A stretch of DNA of 64,000 nucleotides from Lama guanicoe (Eukaryota), in contig MU054204.1 in NCBI GenBank assembly GCA_013239625.1, forward strand, positions 991,537 through 1,055,536, written 5' to 3'. Under the pieces are notes generated by a model. That model searched no databases. It was given only the letters and a program-made list of their open reading frames with translations, and was not told the origin of the DNA. Position numbers and translations under genes: made by a program. Below are positions 43,431 to 57,720 of this stretch, piece by piece (position 1 is the first letter of the stretch; each line of letters begins with the position of its first letter).

Positions 43431-45661
43431 CAAAAATTATAACCGTCAAGGATAGAAGATATGGGAGCTGGGCAGGCAGGCTCTGCCCATCACATTGGAG
43501 CCACCAGGATCCTAGCTCTGGAAGGGTCAGTCTGATGAACACCTTCAGGGTGACCGAGCTGTCTACTTACCAGCCCTGCTCCCTGTTTGCCTTGCATTCT
43601 CACAGCCCAGAGTGTGTCCCATCAATCCGAACATCAGGAAGGCACACTGCTGTGGAGAATGGTTGTACGTGCAATGCTTCCAGATGTTGGCTAAAGGCTC
43701 AGTGGATTGGGAAAGCCCTGGGCAGCCCAAAGGAAAAGTATGCAAAGGGTGTGAGGCCATGCAGATAACTATATCAACAGTATTTCCGCCAAATCAGGTC
43801 CTAACCAGCCCTTCCCCACCTCACCTCTGCATTCATCCCATCCCCAGCTGTTTTGTTACTTATCTTTCTTCTTTTTAAGCTTTACTTGTCTAGGCTGATA
43901 CCTATGTTTAGCCTATACTCTTGAGTTTTCTGCCTTTTGATTGCATTTCCTAGGCTCCTATTAACCAGCTGCCTGTTAGCATTCTGTCTTTTCCAGCTGA
44001 TAAATTCCTAAACACCCCCTCTTTGGGGCCCAGTCCTGGGTCTACTTGCCATGACGCTTTTCCTGAAAGGCACCTATGATGGAACTTGACCCAGCTCAGA
44101 CAGAGGACTTACTAACGAGAACCCCAGCACCACCATCGCCCTAAGCATTCTTTTTGTATGGTTTTCTGAAATGCATTTCAAAGTTGGAGGGTTTGAAAAG
44201 GCAGAGTGTATTCCAAGGTTATGCTTTGCGAACAAGATTGATCATTGACTGGAGAAATCCCTGTTACTGGTTAAAGTGCTGCTAGCTTCTCTAATAGATA
44301 AACCCTGAAACGATTTCAGTGGCTTAACACAATAGATTAGATTCTTGCTCCATAAACCCAGTGATGTTGTTGTTGCCTGGCGGTGACCTCCTTCTATCCT
44401 GTGACCTGACTCTACTCTAGGGCCCCAGGGTTCTCTCCACTTAGCTTGCAGATGGGGAGATAGACCACGGACAAGGTACAGCCCCTTATTTGGTCATGTA
44501 GTAACACTCATATTCCACTAGCAAATACTAGTCACCTGGATGGAGTAGGGGGGTCGGGGTGCTGAGAACTGTAATCCCCGACTGTGCAGCTGCTTCTAGC
44601 CACAATCCAATGCCATGGAAAGAGAACATGAATCTTAGTTGGCCACTGAGCCATCTCAGCCACACATTCCTTATTCCTTTTCAAATGATTAACTTCTAAA
44701 TCTATCATAGCCAGAGATAAAATTTTTTAATTTTATAAAAAGGCAGTGAGGTAACATTTCCTGAAAATAAATTAGAAATAAACCCCCTTAGTATCTGAAA
44801 ACTGTAATTTTCAGAAATGGAAATTTCTGAATGTAAAATGTACAAAATGTAAACATGGACTGGAAAAGTTTTAAGACTTTTTCATGATTTATAAAAAAAT
44901 AGCACCCTCACGCCTTGCCAGCATTGAAATACTTGGATACAAAGGATGAAAGGTAAAAATGATTAAGAGTCAAAGTCCCCAAGCTCCTTGACACACACAT
45001 TTTTCAAATATTTGAAAAACATCGGTGGTGAAATAATTGTTGACTCTTTGTGTTTTTTTAAAGACAGAATGTATGCTTATCCCTGCTGATAACTGCTCTT
45101 CCAGATCTAGCAAGAACAACCCCAGTGGGGGCAGGCCCCTGCTGGGCAGCCTCCTTGGGGAAAACAAAGTCCAGGTCTACTTCTGGGTGGTCAACTTGAG
45201 GAAGACTTCCATGAGCCTGTAGGTTTGCATTCAAGGAGACTCTGCCTGGGTCCTCCCCACGCCTCTCTAGCCTGTGGTCCTCCAGCTAGGCACAGTATAT
45301 ACCCTCTCCACCCTAGCCTAACCAGTGGGTGGTAAACACTAGATATTTTTCCTGAAAACATGTCCCTTCATTGACACAGGAGTGTATATAAGCCACATGT
45401 CTGCTCTCCTAACCCACAGGCTCTGTTTTTCTCCATATCTAAATCTTAAAACCAGATTTTCTTTTTATTCACTATAAAGAATCCATTTCCATCAAGCAGT
45501 GAGGTTTGTAGAATTAATTTGTAGATTTCCTAAGGGGAGATATATTAAGGGGTTTTCCCCCACAATTTTTTTTTTACTGAAGTAGAGTTGATTTACAATG
45601 TTGTGTTAGTTTCTGGTGTACAGCATAGTGATTCAGTTATACATATATATTCTTTTTCATC

Positions 45662-46403
45662 ATAGGTTATTATAAGATACTGAATATAGTTCCCTGTGCT
45701 ACACAGTAGGTCCTTGTTGTTTATCTGTTTCATATATAGGAATGTGTATTTGCTAATCCCAAACTCCTAATTTATTTCTCCTCCTCCTTTCCCCCTTGGT
45801 AACCATAAATTTGTTTTCTATGTCTATGAGTCTGTTTCTGTTTTGTAAATAAATTCAATGTATCATTTTTTTTAGATTCCATGTAAAAGTGATATCCTAT
45901 AACATTTGTCTTTCTCTGTCTGACTTACTTCACTTAGTATGATCATCTCTAGGTCCATCCGTGTTGCTGCCAATGCCCCCACACAGAATTTAACTATTAA
46001 GTCCCCATTAGACATTATTTCTTCTCCCAAAAATAGGTTATTATAAGATACTGAATATAGTTCCCTGTGCTACACAGTAGGTCCTTGTTGTTTATCTGTT
46101 TCATATATAGGAATGTGTATTTGCTAATCCCAAACTCCTAATTTATTTCTCCTCCTCCTTTCCCCCTTGGTAACCATAAATTTGTTTTCTATGTCTATGA
46201 GTCTGTTTCTGTTTTGTAAATAAATTCAATGTATCATTTTTTTTAGATTCCATGTAAAAGTGATATCCTATAACATTTGTCTTTCTCTGTCTGACTTACT
46301 TCACTTAGTATGATCATCTCTAGGTCCATCCGTGTTGCTGCCAATGCCCCCACACAGAATTTAACTATTAAGTCCCCATTAGACATTATTTCTTCTCCCA
46401 AAA
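45662..46403. repeat. 371-bp tandem duplication (45662-46032 / 46033-46403) of an L1 3' fragment plus flank
   Basis: No differences between units seen by eye. Confidence 0.95.
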
Positions 46404-46903
46404 CTTTCTTCTGAGTCTCTAGCAATCAGATACCCCTCCTCCCCACCACCTGCACCCTCTCCCAACTGCCTTCCAGTTTCTCTGGTTTCATTTTCTCCCT
46501 CAGAGGATCTTGTCCTCTTGATCTCTCCTCTTGCTCTTTCAGGGAAATTATAGTCTCCTCTAGCTTCTTCTTCCAAACTCATACACTCCACCCACTGTGG
46601 AAAACTCCCCTCAGATCTGTGACAGGTCATTAATTATATTAAGGTTAATGACTTTGTACCTAGCCCTTCCCCTACCCACAAAATCTTCTGTTTATAGACC
46701 TACCCTCCTTAGAAATTTGTGTGGTATTATATCTAATTTTCTCTTCTGCTACTTGTGCAACATAAACATCCTGGTATTGTTCAGATGCTTTGTAGGGGAG
46801 ACACTGTGTTTTGGTGCACTGTATCTGCAGAAGTCATTCAACTGGATATAGTCAGATATTGAGAGGGGAGGAAATACGAACTATGGACCAAGTACAGTGT
46901 AAC

Positions 46904-48121
46904 GCACAGACAACATATTTTCACCAAAAGCTGGTCAGTGTGTCTACCCTTGTGAATGAAAATCAATGACTGACACCTGAAACTGATCAGGCCCTAAGGG
47001 AATTCAACCCCCACTCTTGTTTGTTTATTCCAGCTCTCAGAATCAGACAACTACACTGACATTGTATTAGATGAAGAAATGGTACAGTGGCATGCATTTA
47101 CTCAAAAAGTGATTAATTAATTCTAGAACTGTTTGGTGACTCATAAACATACGAAGGTGATATACATTACAGAACTGACTAAGAAGAAGAAAGACTATGA
47201 CCAGGCAGCATGTTTGAGTTGGGTTGTGTAAAGAAAGATAAATAAAGATAATTTTGAAAGAAGACACTGCCTCAAATAGGACATTCACCTGGGTGATTTC
47301 CAGGTCCCAAGTCTCCTATGGATCCTGGGAAGGTCATGGGGTCCTGGTCCTGGGGAATAAAGGCCACAAGAATCAGCCTATGAAGGTGGGGGCTGGGTTT
47401 GCAGAAGATATTTCCTCAGCTGTATTCTTCCAGTCTCGGCAAATGGAAAGTCAGAAGAGCAGTCTTGAGAACTGACCTCCCTAAACTGCTATAAAAACAG
47501 ACAAGAAGTTGTTGGGCATGTAAAGCGGCCCTTAGGGAAGAGATTAGTTCTGTGTAGAGCAGCCTCTAAAGGGGCTCCTGAAAGTAGATTATGGGCATCT
47601 CTTTCCAACTCCACATTCTGTCCCCGACATCGTGTTGGCAGCTTAAAATCAGCCCTAGTGAAAATATTTACACCATGGAAATAGGCAAATGCTACAAATC
47701 AGGGTTTTTCCCCCACTGCGAGCTGTTTTACCAGCCCACCACTGCCTGTGGGTGTGTGTTTGTCTAGGGAGGAAACAGGCTTCCCCTACACAAGCCCCTT
47801 TGAGTGCCTGGCACCTAGCCACCCATTTCCTAGAGTGGGCATCTTCTATTGATATTTTCTGTCCGCTACATCCCTGTTTTAAACCAATCAGTCACCAACC
47901 AGTTTTAAAATTAATCACTTTTTAAATTAATCCGTACTACTGTACCATTTCTTCATCTAATATAACGTCAGTGTAGTCTGATTCTGAGAGCTGGAAAAAA
48001 CAAACAACAGTGGGGGGCTGAACTCCCTTAGGGCCTGATCAATTTCAGGTGTCAGTTATTGATTTTCATTCATAAGAGTAGACACATTGACCAGTTTTTG
48101 GTGAAAATATGTTGTCTGTGC
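46904..48121. repeat. Long imperfect inverted repeat, arms ~46904-47142 and ~47889-48121; MER63-like hAT MITE in the spacer (~47570-47744)
   Basis: gcacagacaacatattttcaccaaaa...ctgacacctgaaactgatcaggccctaaggga...ccagctctcagaatcagac pairs with its reverse complement. Confidence 0.9.
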
Positions 48122-51100
48122 TTTCCATCCCTGCATCCTTGTTTTCCTTTCAGTACTAAAACACACCTTGTCTTTTCTCTGGTCCTGATTATTTATAAAT
48201 TCCTGTTCATTTCTATGGATTTGCCATGGGTCCGCTCATTCTATGCATAGAGGAAAGTGACACATAGCTGTACAAATAAAATCCAACCTGACCGTGACAT
48301 CAGAGCATTTTACTGCAGAAGGGGGAAAGATATGGTTCCACCACCCTCTCATCACCCTTGTTAGTGTGGGTTACCGCTACTGAGCCCCTGCTGTGCACAG
48401 GTGCTTTAAATGGATTTTCTCCCTCAGTCCTCACAACCACTCTAGGAGCTGGGTGTCATTATCGCCCACTTTACACACCGGAAAACTGAAGCTCAGATGG
48501 GCTTCTCTGTGTGAATAGCTAAAGGCTCCATCGAGCCAGATCCTGAGCCTGAATTGGAACCCAGGTCGGCATGACTCTAAATCCCATGCTCGTAACCACT
48601 TCATTGCTCTGCTCTCAACATGTTTATCAGACATCATGGTCACAGCGCTGTGGGGGAAGATAGAAAGCGCTTGGGGACCGTTATCCTCCTTTGCCCAGCC
48701 TCAGTCTCATTATACTTCAGACAGTGTGTGGTGAGAGTGCTGAGGAAAAAGCCAGCTGACGCGTGGGATTGCCAAGCAACAGCTTATGAAACGAACTCAA
48801 ACCATGGCAACCAAACACTGCGGACCCAGCAATAGCCTCATTTCATTTACAAGAGTAATAGGAGGGCTTTGTCAACAACCGATGAGATAAATGAGAAGCT
48901 TACTGGCTACGCAAGTACAAGGAATTATCATCATCATCATCATCCTCATCACCACCGTTATTATTTTTAAAGCACACAATACCAAATAACACATGATACT
49001 ATTCCTTGAAGAAAAAAAAAACAGTATTAAACCCATCAGTAGATCACATAGAAACTGCGTACCTGTACATTTTTTTTTCAAATGTGTATCTCTGATATCA
49101 AAAATCTCAACCCATCATCCATTATTTAATAGAGCTCTTCATTGTGGGGTGGTAATGAGGGCTAACACATGACTACTCCTTATTTCCAAATCAATTTATT
49201 TACAAAGCACCTTCTAATTAATTCCTCACAATAACTCGGTGTGCTCTCCGGGATTGTTTTTCCCCACTCCTCAGGCAGGAAAAGCATGGCATGGGGGTTG
49301 TAAATGGGTTTTCACAGGGTACACAGATCATAAAGCACAGGTCCAGTATGCCCTCCTGCCAAAATGTCGTAAGTCTCGGAACCCTCTGAGAGTCTGATCA
49401 CAGCTACAGCCCCTCTTCCTTGAAAAAGGCACGAAAATCAACTTACACACTACAGATTGCCTGTAATTCACTGGGACTCAGGTTTCCTTCTGATGTGCAT
49501 CCATACAACCCAGTTGGAAGAACAGTATTCATTTGTTTTTAACCATGATCCACAGTGCTCTCAAGGCTGTCTTCTTTCTTTTCTTCAGTGGTTCCATGAA
49601 GCCTACCTGGAATTCAGGGGGTTGTTAAGCTGGAAGCCATGGAGGGTTAGTAGTTGTGGGCAAAAGAGATTGGACATCTCTGTCTGGGCGTGTTTTGTGC
49701 ACCTGTTGTGACCTGGATATTGTCATCTTGCTGTCGGGAAACCTCTCATAATAGGAGGACTAGAGTCTTTACCTGATGGTGTCTACCACACTAGTAGGGC
49801 AGTGTATTTTTTCTCAGAGGACCACAAGTGGTTTTCTGAGGACTCACACCAGGCAAACTCTAAGTCTTTCATAATACAGGTCTTTGGCTGCAAAACCCTC
49901 CTACGTGGTCCTCGTTGGTGCTGAACCTCCTATGAAGACCACAGACTCTTTTCTTCTCTCAATCCTAAGGTCCAGACTAGAAGCTAATTGAGTAGCCCTT
50001 CTGGTCCTCCAGGTAATATCATTGTGATATTTGGAAATGAGAAGGAACTCAAATCCAGTGGGGGTGGGGGAATGGCAGAGAGAGAGGGGGAAAGAGAGAA
50101 AGAAAGAAAAAGAGAGAGAGGGAGAGGGAGTAAAAAGAGAGAGAGACGGAGAGAGAGAGAGAGTTATTTGTTTCTCCTTAAGTCTTCAGTAAAGTCTGAA
50201 ATGGGGGGTGGAGTTCCCTGGCCTTGAATGTCATCAGTATTTCCCTGACTCCCTCTCAGCCCTCCCTTCAGTCTGTGGCATTTCTATCTAGCCTGGGATG
50301 GCTGGAAATTTTTGGACAGACCACATATTCTTCTATGCCTGTAGATAGACCAGGTCCTTATCTCTTAGTATTCAGAAGACCTAAGATTCCACAACTCAGA
50401 AAGCCTTTCTTTCAGCCTTGTTTCTTCTGTGTAAATTTTCTGAAGTCCCCTCTGAAACTCAAGCGCCGATCTTGGGCTCTCTGAGTCCATTTGCATTTCT
50501 GCTAAAATAACTCTACCCTGGGGCAGAAGCATCGGACGTGCTGAGTCTGAGGCAGGGCCAGGAGTACAAGGGCAAGCTGGAACTGAGGGTGAAAAACAAA
50601 GGTTAATAATTCACAGTGTCACACTTTCACAGAAAGAAAGAGAAATAAGTTTGTCAATAAAGAGATAAGGGTTCAAAAAGAAAAAAAAATCAAGATAGAC
50701 CATAAAAGTGATCCTCTACCTCTTTTATTTCTCCCCCAAGAGGGAAGCTCCCAATGGAAATAGGAAAATTTTTAAAACTTTTTAATTGAAGTATAGTTGA
50801 TTGACAATGTTGTGTTAGTTTCAGGTGTACAGCATAGTGATTCAGTTATATATATATTCTTTTTCAGAAATAGGAGGGTTTAACCTTGTTTTGGCCCCCA
50901 CTGGATGCCCCGTCTCCTAGCCCACCAGCCATTATAATCTAGAAGGTATTGTCTTAAACATGCATTGTATGTATTCTGTCACTTAAATCAGTAAGATACT
51001 TTTGTTATACCTATAAGCAGATGAATAAATGCGAATCAGAGAGAATAAGTTACTTGCTTTTGGTACATAGCTTAAGAACTTAAACTGGAATCTATTTTCT

Positions 51101-51369
51101 GTCAAGCCCAATGCTAATAATCACCATGGCCTAACAGTTTCTTTGACATTGGCTTCTCTCGGGGTTGGAGGGGTTGGGGAGGAGAACCCTGTGCAGCCCT
51201 GAGGTTACAGTGTGTCTGGAGCATAAAGGCCTCTTTGTGGGCTGGGCCCTGGGTCCAGTTGTCTACAAAGTCCAAGACATTACAAGCATGAGAGGGGCCA
51301 TACACTATTGGAATCTGTCACTCATAATGTCACCTTTCATTAGATATGCATGGGTATGCAGAAAATAGT

Positions 51370-52570
51370 TACAATAACAGATCTGAGACCTTGAGTTGAC
51401 TTTAGACAACCTTGAGTTGTCTTTAGAAAGGCCGGCTTTCAAGGTTGGCCCTTGGCTGGCATCTGGGAAGTTAGCACTTGAAGGCAGAATACTGGCTGCC
51501 TCGATATGTCCACCTCCTAATCCCTGGAACCTAGAAATATGTTATTTTACGCCGCAGAAAAAGATTTTGTAGATCTGACTCAGGTTCAGGGCTTTCAGAT
51601 GGGGAGACGAGCCTGGATTATCTGGGTGAGCCTAATCTGGGAGAGCCTTCCCCAGCTGTAGCCAGAGAGATGGGACAATGGAAGAGGGGCCAAAAAGATG
51701 TGCCTTGAGAAGGATTTGACACACTGCTCTGGCTCTAAGTTGGAGAAAGGGAGCCATAAGCCAAGGAATGTAGGGGCCTCTAGAAACTGGGAACAGCCCT
51801 CAGGTGAGAGCCTGCAAGAAAACAGGGACCTCTGAACTGAATTCTGCCCCCAACCTGAATAAGCAGGAAAAGGAGCCTCCTCTAGGGCCTCCGAAAGGAA
51901 TGCAGCCCTGCTGACACCTGGAATTCAGCCTGGTGAGACCTGTGCTGGACTTCTGACCTCCAGAATTGCTGTACGATAATGCATGTGGAGAGTTTAAACT
52001 TCTAAGTGTGTGAACACTTGTCGCCGCAGTAACAGAAAATTCATATAGTTTTTCTGTGCCTAACCTGTTTGTACAATGTCCTGTATGCCGAACACCTGCT
52101 CACCATTTTTTTTTTAATTTAATGGAGGTACTGGGGATTGAACCCAAGACCTCGTGCATGCTAAGCATGCTCTCTATCACTTGAGCTACACCTCCCCCAA
52201 ACTCCCATCCCCTGGTTTTCCTTCTAAGAGTCTGGAATGTTGGCATGCGTTAGGCAGAGAGGATGCCCAGTGAACATCCCCCCATTAAAAAAACCCAGAA
52301 AACTCCTGGACACTGAGTGAGCTTCCTTGGGCCAAAACATCGCCCCCGTATTGTGTGTTTTCACTCTAGGGGAAGAGTGTATTGGGTGGGCCCCCTCACA
52401 GGAGGATGAAAGCACAAGGAAGCCTCCGACCCTACCTGTGCTGATCTTATTGTATATCCTGTGGCTGTGATAAACCTTAGCCGTGAATACAATTATATAC
52501 TGAGTCCCTTGAATCCTTCTAGGGGATTCACTGAAACGTGTGGGTGGTCTTGGGGACCCCCCAAATGACG
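51370..52570 (+). mobile_element. MER21-like LTR with nested MLT1D-like LTR (~51490-52045) and SINE (~52105-52198, - strand)
   Basis: ttcaaggttggcccttggctggcatctgggaa...ggtggtcttggggacccc; MLT1D-type cctaatccctggaacc...gcagccctgctgacacc. Confidence 0.7.
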
Positions 52571-52806
52571 AGGGATGGCAGGCAGCATGTTGAGTGGCCA
52601 GCAAGTTCCAAAGGGCTATAGAAGATGGGATCTGAAGGCAGGCTTTTCCTTTCCATGTCTCACTTAGGGCTGGTGAGTGGTAGTGGCAGGGGCCCTGCAC
52701 GACTGGTTTCTCTGTTGCTGAGCAACGGTGGTATTTTCCAGAGCAAAGGAGATGGGGGGGGGGTCCAAACAGGAAGGGCTACGCTCCACCACAGTGGAGG
52801 CACACC

Positions 52807-52821
52807 TGCTCCCTCTGGTGG
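52807..52821 (-). promoter_or_regulatory. CTCF-like motif CCACCAGAGGGAGCA, with a palindromic RFX X-box-like GTTGCTGAGCAAC at 52714-52726
   Basis: Motif matches by eye; paralogous to the 3289-3374 cassette. Confidence 0.65.
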
Positions 52822-53502
52822 TCTGTGCCTTTCAACAGTCGCAGCCAGAAAGGGGCCTCATCACTCAGTGATGTGTAGAGGGGTCGACCCCATCACATAT
52901 GAAGCCGCAGGCTGAGCCGACCACTAGATGCAAAAGTTCCATTCCAGTAGGCCTTCAGAGCCAGCAATCTTGAGCAATTCCACCACCTCATGCATGCATT
53001 CCTCCTGGAAATAGGTTCTGAGCGTGTTATTTTCAAGGAAGTATCTAGCTGGACAGTAAAATCTGATGGCACACACCTGGTTGTACTTTCCCTCGGAATG
53101 GAGACACTGAATGTGTCTGCTTGAGCAGAACCCTCCTAGAGGGGAGTCAGAAACCTTACGCGAAGTTGTCGTTTGGTGTGAGTAGAGCTACTTCTCTTTT
53201 GATCTCCTTTATCTAGCAAGACATCCCTGAGACAGCATGTTTTAGGCTTCTGCTGGGATGAAGGGCTCCAAGTGTCAGTGAAATTTTACAGCTACATAAG
53301 GAAAGTGGCCAGCTGAATTTGTTCCTTCAGTCCATCATTCCTTTATTCATGTATTCAGGCATCAAGCTAGCCACTGGGGAATACAGTGGTAAACTGGACA
53401 GAGGTGGTCCCTGCCTCCATGGAGTGCCCAGCCTAAAAAATCTCTCCCATCTGGTCTTGCCAAGATCTACCCCCTGGATAGTCGGTACGGACTCTGACCA
53501 CA

Positions 53503-53647
53503 TGTAATAGGGAAGAACAAATCTGACTCCATATTAGATCTGTTCCTTCGATTCTAACCCTGTGCTCTGTTTCCTGTGCTTAGTCATGCTGGTTCTGAAC
53601 CTTTTATAAAAGAATGTTGCCTGTAGCCTGAAATATACAGGATAGCC

Positions 53648-53684
<37 letters not shown>

Positions 53685-54162
53685 GGCACGGGGAGGTAAT
53701 TAGGTTTATTGATTTTAATGGAGGTACTGGGGATTGAACCCAGGACCTTGTACATGCTAGGCATGCACTCTACCACTGAGCCACACCTTCCCCCCCAAGG
53801 ATAGCCCATTCTCAAGGCTCTGACCTTTAAGGGTACAACACTTTTCCATTCATATGAAGATTAAAAAGTTGCAGAATAGAAAATAATATTTGTCTTGTTG
53901 GAGGTTTACAGGGACACCATGACCTGACCCATGTGGACAGCTGCAAGAACAAAGGATTCTGACACCAATACTCCTTCCCCTTTTTAGTATAAAAAGGAGC
54001 CTGAATTCTGACTTGGGGAAGGTGGTTATCCAGGACATTAGTCTGCCATGTTCTCGGTCTGCTGGCTTTCCGAATAAAGTCGCTATTCCTTGCTCCAACA
54101 CCTCGTCTCCCGATTTTTGGGGCTGTCATGCGGCAAGTAGAACAAGTTTGGACTTGGTAACA
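53503..54162 (+). mobile_element. Solo LTR (ERV1-like) with an inserted SINE (53655-53797, - strand)
   Basis: tgtaataggg...ggtaaca; TSD caca/caca; SINE TSD aggatagcccattctc (53639-53654 and 53798-53813). Confidence 0.92.
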
Positions 54163-54940
54163 CACAGACTCAGACAGACCTAAATTCCCAGTAGTGCCTG
54201 GACCATATCTAGAACTTATTGCTAGACGGAGAAGGACTTGGATTTTTGAAGTACACACACTCAACATCCTCTCGCTAGGGACAGAGACCCCAGACACCCC
54301 TGCCCTATCCAGCCTCTTCTAAAAAGCCTTTTTAAATCTGCAGAATCCTTGCATTAGGAGTCTTGCCTCCATAAGGTGGAAATGATAACTCAGCCTAGGG
54401 GAGAGGTGTGTGTGTGGGAGGGTCTAGGCTCCACCAGTCAGGTGCTCCCCATCAAGACTTTGGATCAGGAGAGAGAAACAAGTATGGAGACAATCAACCT
54501 ATGGAATCCACATCTGGTGAAAATGGTAGCGCATGGCAGAGAGATGCTGAGTTTTCACAAGCAGCTGTAGTGGCTGTCCTAATGGTACAGTTCCGAGTTC
54601 AGCCTCAGCAGTACTTGTCCCCAGAGGAGGTGGATTGCCCCAATTTCTGGCTGCCTAGCCCCTAAGCCAGATTCTCTCACCTGTTGGAGATTTCCTTGAG
54701 TTCTACCTAATAGCAGTCTTTTTTTTTAAAATCCCTTTTCTTTTCTGATTAAAGAAGCTACAGTGGGTTCTGTGGCTTGCAACTAAGAAGCCTGATGGAT
54801 AAAGAGAGACCTGAAAATAAACAGGAAACCAGTTAATATGCTGTTTCTCATTAACACTTTCAGGGCTGGGTATCCAATCTGGAAGCAAAGATGACTAGAA
54901 GTAGAGGACTATAAGTCTTATCTAGCTACCTATTTATAAA

Positions 54941-55003
54941 GTCAGTCAGTCAGTCAGTCAGTCAGTCAGTCATTCATTCATTCATTCATTCATTCATTCA
55001 TTC
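54941..55003. repeat. Compound microsatellite (CAGT)n(CATT)n
   Basis: Seen directly. Confidence 0.95.
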
Positions 55004-55128
55004 AAAGTCTTTCGATTTTTAAAGTCATAGATCTGCCACCCCACTAAGGCCAGAACTCATGTGCTCACTTACCAAGAGGGTTGAAAATACGCTTATCGGC
55101 TTTGATGTTCCTGCATGGCACCCACTGA

Positions 55129-55141
55129 CCACAAGGTGGCG
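55129..55141 (+). promoter_or_regulatory. CTCF-like motif CCACAAGGTGGCG
   Basis: Consensus match only. Confidence 0.5.
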
Positions 55142-56360
55142 AAAGAGATTATCACATCAAGCCAGCCCGTCTACTTCCACACCATTATTACACGAAAGAG
55201 AACATTTATTGAGCAACTAGTGTGTGCCAGGAGCTGTTCCTAGGGGTCGAATGCATTAAGTCGTCTACTCCTCACAGTAATCCTATGAAATAGGTCCCAT
55301 TTCATGTGTGAGGAAACAGGCACGGAGAGATCTGTGTCTGACTGTTCAGCTCATCTTTTCTCTATTTATCATTTATCTAAATCCATTTTCTATAATCTGT
55401 ATTGCCATATCAATTTATCATCTGTATCTTTGGATTTAAAGTTTTCTTTATTATAAAAGTAACACATGCTCATGGTAAAAATACTCAAATGATAATGATG
55501 GGTAAAAAATATTTTAAAGTCTCCTCTCCTCCCTTCCCATCAGCCCAGTTCCACTGCCTAGTGATAACGATTGTTAGGTTTTTTTGTGTGTTCTTGTCCA
55601 TAAATTGTCATTGAAATGAAAACTGTGTACTCTGCCATAATCGTATAAAATGAACATGCAAAGCATATTTTATATGTATATCCTACACACACCCCGGACT
55701 ATAGGCCACACACTCCTTTGCTTAGCATTTCATCTTAAACATCAGATGCAGCTGAGACCACTTTTGTCTGAGGGTCTCATTTATAGGCCTCGGGTATGAC
55801 CCTGGCTGCCCTCTCCTGTGCACTAGAGAGCAAGTAGTGGGGTCTGGTGCCCTGGAGTCCCAGGTGACAGTGACTATTGGAGAGGAAAGAAGTTGACAGG
55901 CTTGGGGGTGGTGGTGGGGAGATGTGACCGGGTGTGAGGTGAGTCTGTGGGTAGCTCTCAGGTGGCTGACCCTCATCTCTGGTGTACTACGGCTTCTAGC
56001 CCTGGTCCTAGAAAAATTCAGATTTGGATACAACCAACATCCACTGCAACTTTAGAAAAGGCCTAGCTCTTTCCTTTGAACGTTGCCATTTTTCATCTCA
56101 TTTAATCTCTGTGGGATCCCTGTGAGGTAGGAATTACCTCTAGTTTACAGGCAAAAAAGCTGAGACTCAAAGAAGGTCATCTACATGTTACAGGTGGACA
56201 CATAGCTTTTAAGAAGTAGAACCACCAGCCAACTCCGTTCTTTTGATTGTCATCCAGGGCACGATCCACTGCACGCCACCAAAGGCCTCTGGGGAGAGAT
56301 TACCTTTTAGCTCATGCTATATGCCGAGAGTACAGGCTTTGCACCCCACTGACCTTCCTT

Positions 56361-57720
56361 GTCCTTCCCTTCGTCCATGCAGTGTCCTCCAGCACTGCAG
56401 GGGCCAGGGACAGAAGGTGGCCAAGTCCAGAAACGTCCCTGGGGCTGAGAGATGTCCCCCCGGAGGCCGGGTCCTGAGGGGCGCCGGCAGAAGCTGATAG
56501 GCCATCACCTCGGAGGCTGAGCCCGGGCTCCCCGCCCACCCCAGGTCCTGCCCCACCCCTTAGGGGTGAAGCCCCAGCTCCTCTCGAGGGGGAGGCCTGG
56601 ACCCCAGATCCAGGGGGGCAGAGCTCCCAAGGCCACTGGGCCCGAAGACACATGTCCCATGCCCATCTTATCGGTGCTCTGCAGAGTCTGTGCCTGCTCC
56701 TCGTCCCCTCCTCACCTCCTCCTCGGGCTCCCAAGGCCACGGGTGGTTGAGGGTTTGGCAGCCGGCCTTCTGGCCCAGGGGACGCTGAGCCGCCCCGGGG
56801 GCGGCGGGAGGGACAAGGCACAACGAGGCCATGCCTACTGCCGGCACCTCCCCTACGGAGAGAGAGGGGCCTGAACCACGGGACGCTGTCCCGAGGCCCT
56901 CAAGCTCTAGCAGAGTCCCGGGCCGGGCAGCAGGTGGGAGGGGCCGGGGAAGCAGAAGCAGCTCCCATCCGTGCAGCTGCCAGTGGGGGGAGTGGGCGGC
57001 CAGGGGTCTGAGGGGCGCTCCTGCGCTGAGAGCCGCTGGCAGTGGGCAGCAGGACCAAGGCGCCCACGAGGACTGGGCCCAAAACACGGGGCTTGGGGCT
57101 TGGGCGGCTGGGGGATGTCGGGAAGCGGCCGTAGGTGCTGGTCCCAGGCAGTGCAGCCCAGGGCAGGCATCACGATGGGGCTCAGAAGCAGCAGAGAGCC
57201 AGTGCTCGAGGATCAGGGAGAGCGTGTTCCACGAGGAATCTGGTCCCTGAGTCCCGGTGATGGCTGGCCTTGGCCCAGTACACAGGGCCCTGCCTGTGGG
57301 AGTGTGCTGCCTGACTATATTGTGATGGAGTTCTCCTTGGTTAGCACAGGACATCACCCCTCCGCCTGGCCACTTCCTCTGGGGAAGTGGGGGGGGGTGC
57401 CTAGGCCTCCTGGGGTGAGCAGCAGGAGTTGGTTGTCGAGAATTGGGAGCTCTTAAGGAGGCTAACATTGCTGGTTCCCAACAGGTTGCCTCTGGCTGGT
57501 TCTCCCAGAGTGCAGGGAAGGTTGCCGCCCCTCAGGTGAAGTAGATAGACCAGGGGTGGGGGTCCATATCCTCCAAGCTCTGGGGTTCTGTTCCACACAG
57601 GACAGGAGGGGCAGAACCACTACAGCTGAGGTCCCCAGAGCTGCCCTGGTGCCTTCCCTTCCTAAACCAACTCTCACTTCAATTCCTGATGCACCCCAGC
57701 ATCTTTCCAATAAATGCCAT
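56361..57720 (+). repeat. Copy B of duplicated CpG-rich block (near-identical core 56416-57458); orphan CpG island ~2 kb downstream of PAGE4
   Basis: One mismatch found in the 1043-bp core (C9778 vs A57197); diverged similarity on both sides. Confidence 0.97.
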
